From: Candidatus Latescibacterota bacterium
Lineage (GTDB): Bacteria > Latescibacterota > UBA2968 > UBA8231
Length of the DNA stretch: 64,000 nt
Direction: 5' to 3'
Assembly (NCBI GenBank): GCA_965242865.1
Contig: CBDETK010000013.1
Coordinates: 4,384,001-4,448,000 of the forward strand
Below are positions 63,999 to 64,000 of the stretch, piece after piece. The position numbers and the translations under genes are program-made. The notes under the pieces were generated by a model. That model saw only the letters and a list, made by a program, of their open reading frames with translations, was not told where the DNA came from and searched no databases. The first letter of the stretch is position 1; the number at the start of each line of letters is the position of its first letter.

Positions 63999-64000
63999 TT

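Noticed and set aside
1-64000. Hundreds of overlapping alternative-frame and antisense ORFs in the six-frame track (e.g. 57473-58963 -, 61928-63097 +)
   Set aside because: They are shadows of well-supported genes in high-GC DNA, with Arg/Ala/Pro-rich or antisense composition and no family motifs.
1-64000. CRISPR array, tRNA, rRNA, IS or integrase
   Set aside because: I saw no repeat-spacer periodicity, cloverleaf/T-loop signature, rRNA-like tract, or DDE/tyrosine/serine recombinase motifs; this was by eye only.

Overview
High-GC bacterial chromosomal window. The gene content (FlgD-Ig/CHU-type C-terminal-domain proteins, PhyH-HEAT, CRTAC1/ASPIC, FGE-like, many TPR proteins) suggests an FCB-group, Latescibacterota-like, possibly host-associated organism; this is inference. 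Core metabolism: nadA, dapL, a divergent glnS, hydroxyacid-oxoacid transhydrogenase, hisI-pncA-pncB-aminotransferase-nadE, an MFP/2xRND/ABC/DUF1854 efflux operon with a TetR-type operator, and two Gfo/Idh/MocA genes. No tRNA, rRNA, CRISPR array, transposase or integrase was recognised. Most interesting signals: (1) an operon of a eukaryote-like alkyl-DHAP synthase, a DHRS7B-like reductase and a His-motif membrane protein, a candidate ether-lipid pathway; (2) four paralogous secreted FlgD-CTD proteins in two subtypes, arranged twice as the same divergent A/B pair, one copy carrying an RND-like domain insert; (3) a 4.2-kb low-GC restriction/defence island bounded by a ~106-bp direct repeat that duplicates the 5' end of the host gene, containing a candidate dcm/ParB-like/nuclease system; (4) a ribbon-helix-helix gene coupled to nadA with an AT-rich palindrome in its leader; (5) a tandem SGNH duplication with a strong excess of amino-acid changes; (6) repeated deletion scars that removed toxin or catalytic halves of TA/RM genes. 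All product calls come from reading motifs by eye; no searches were run.
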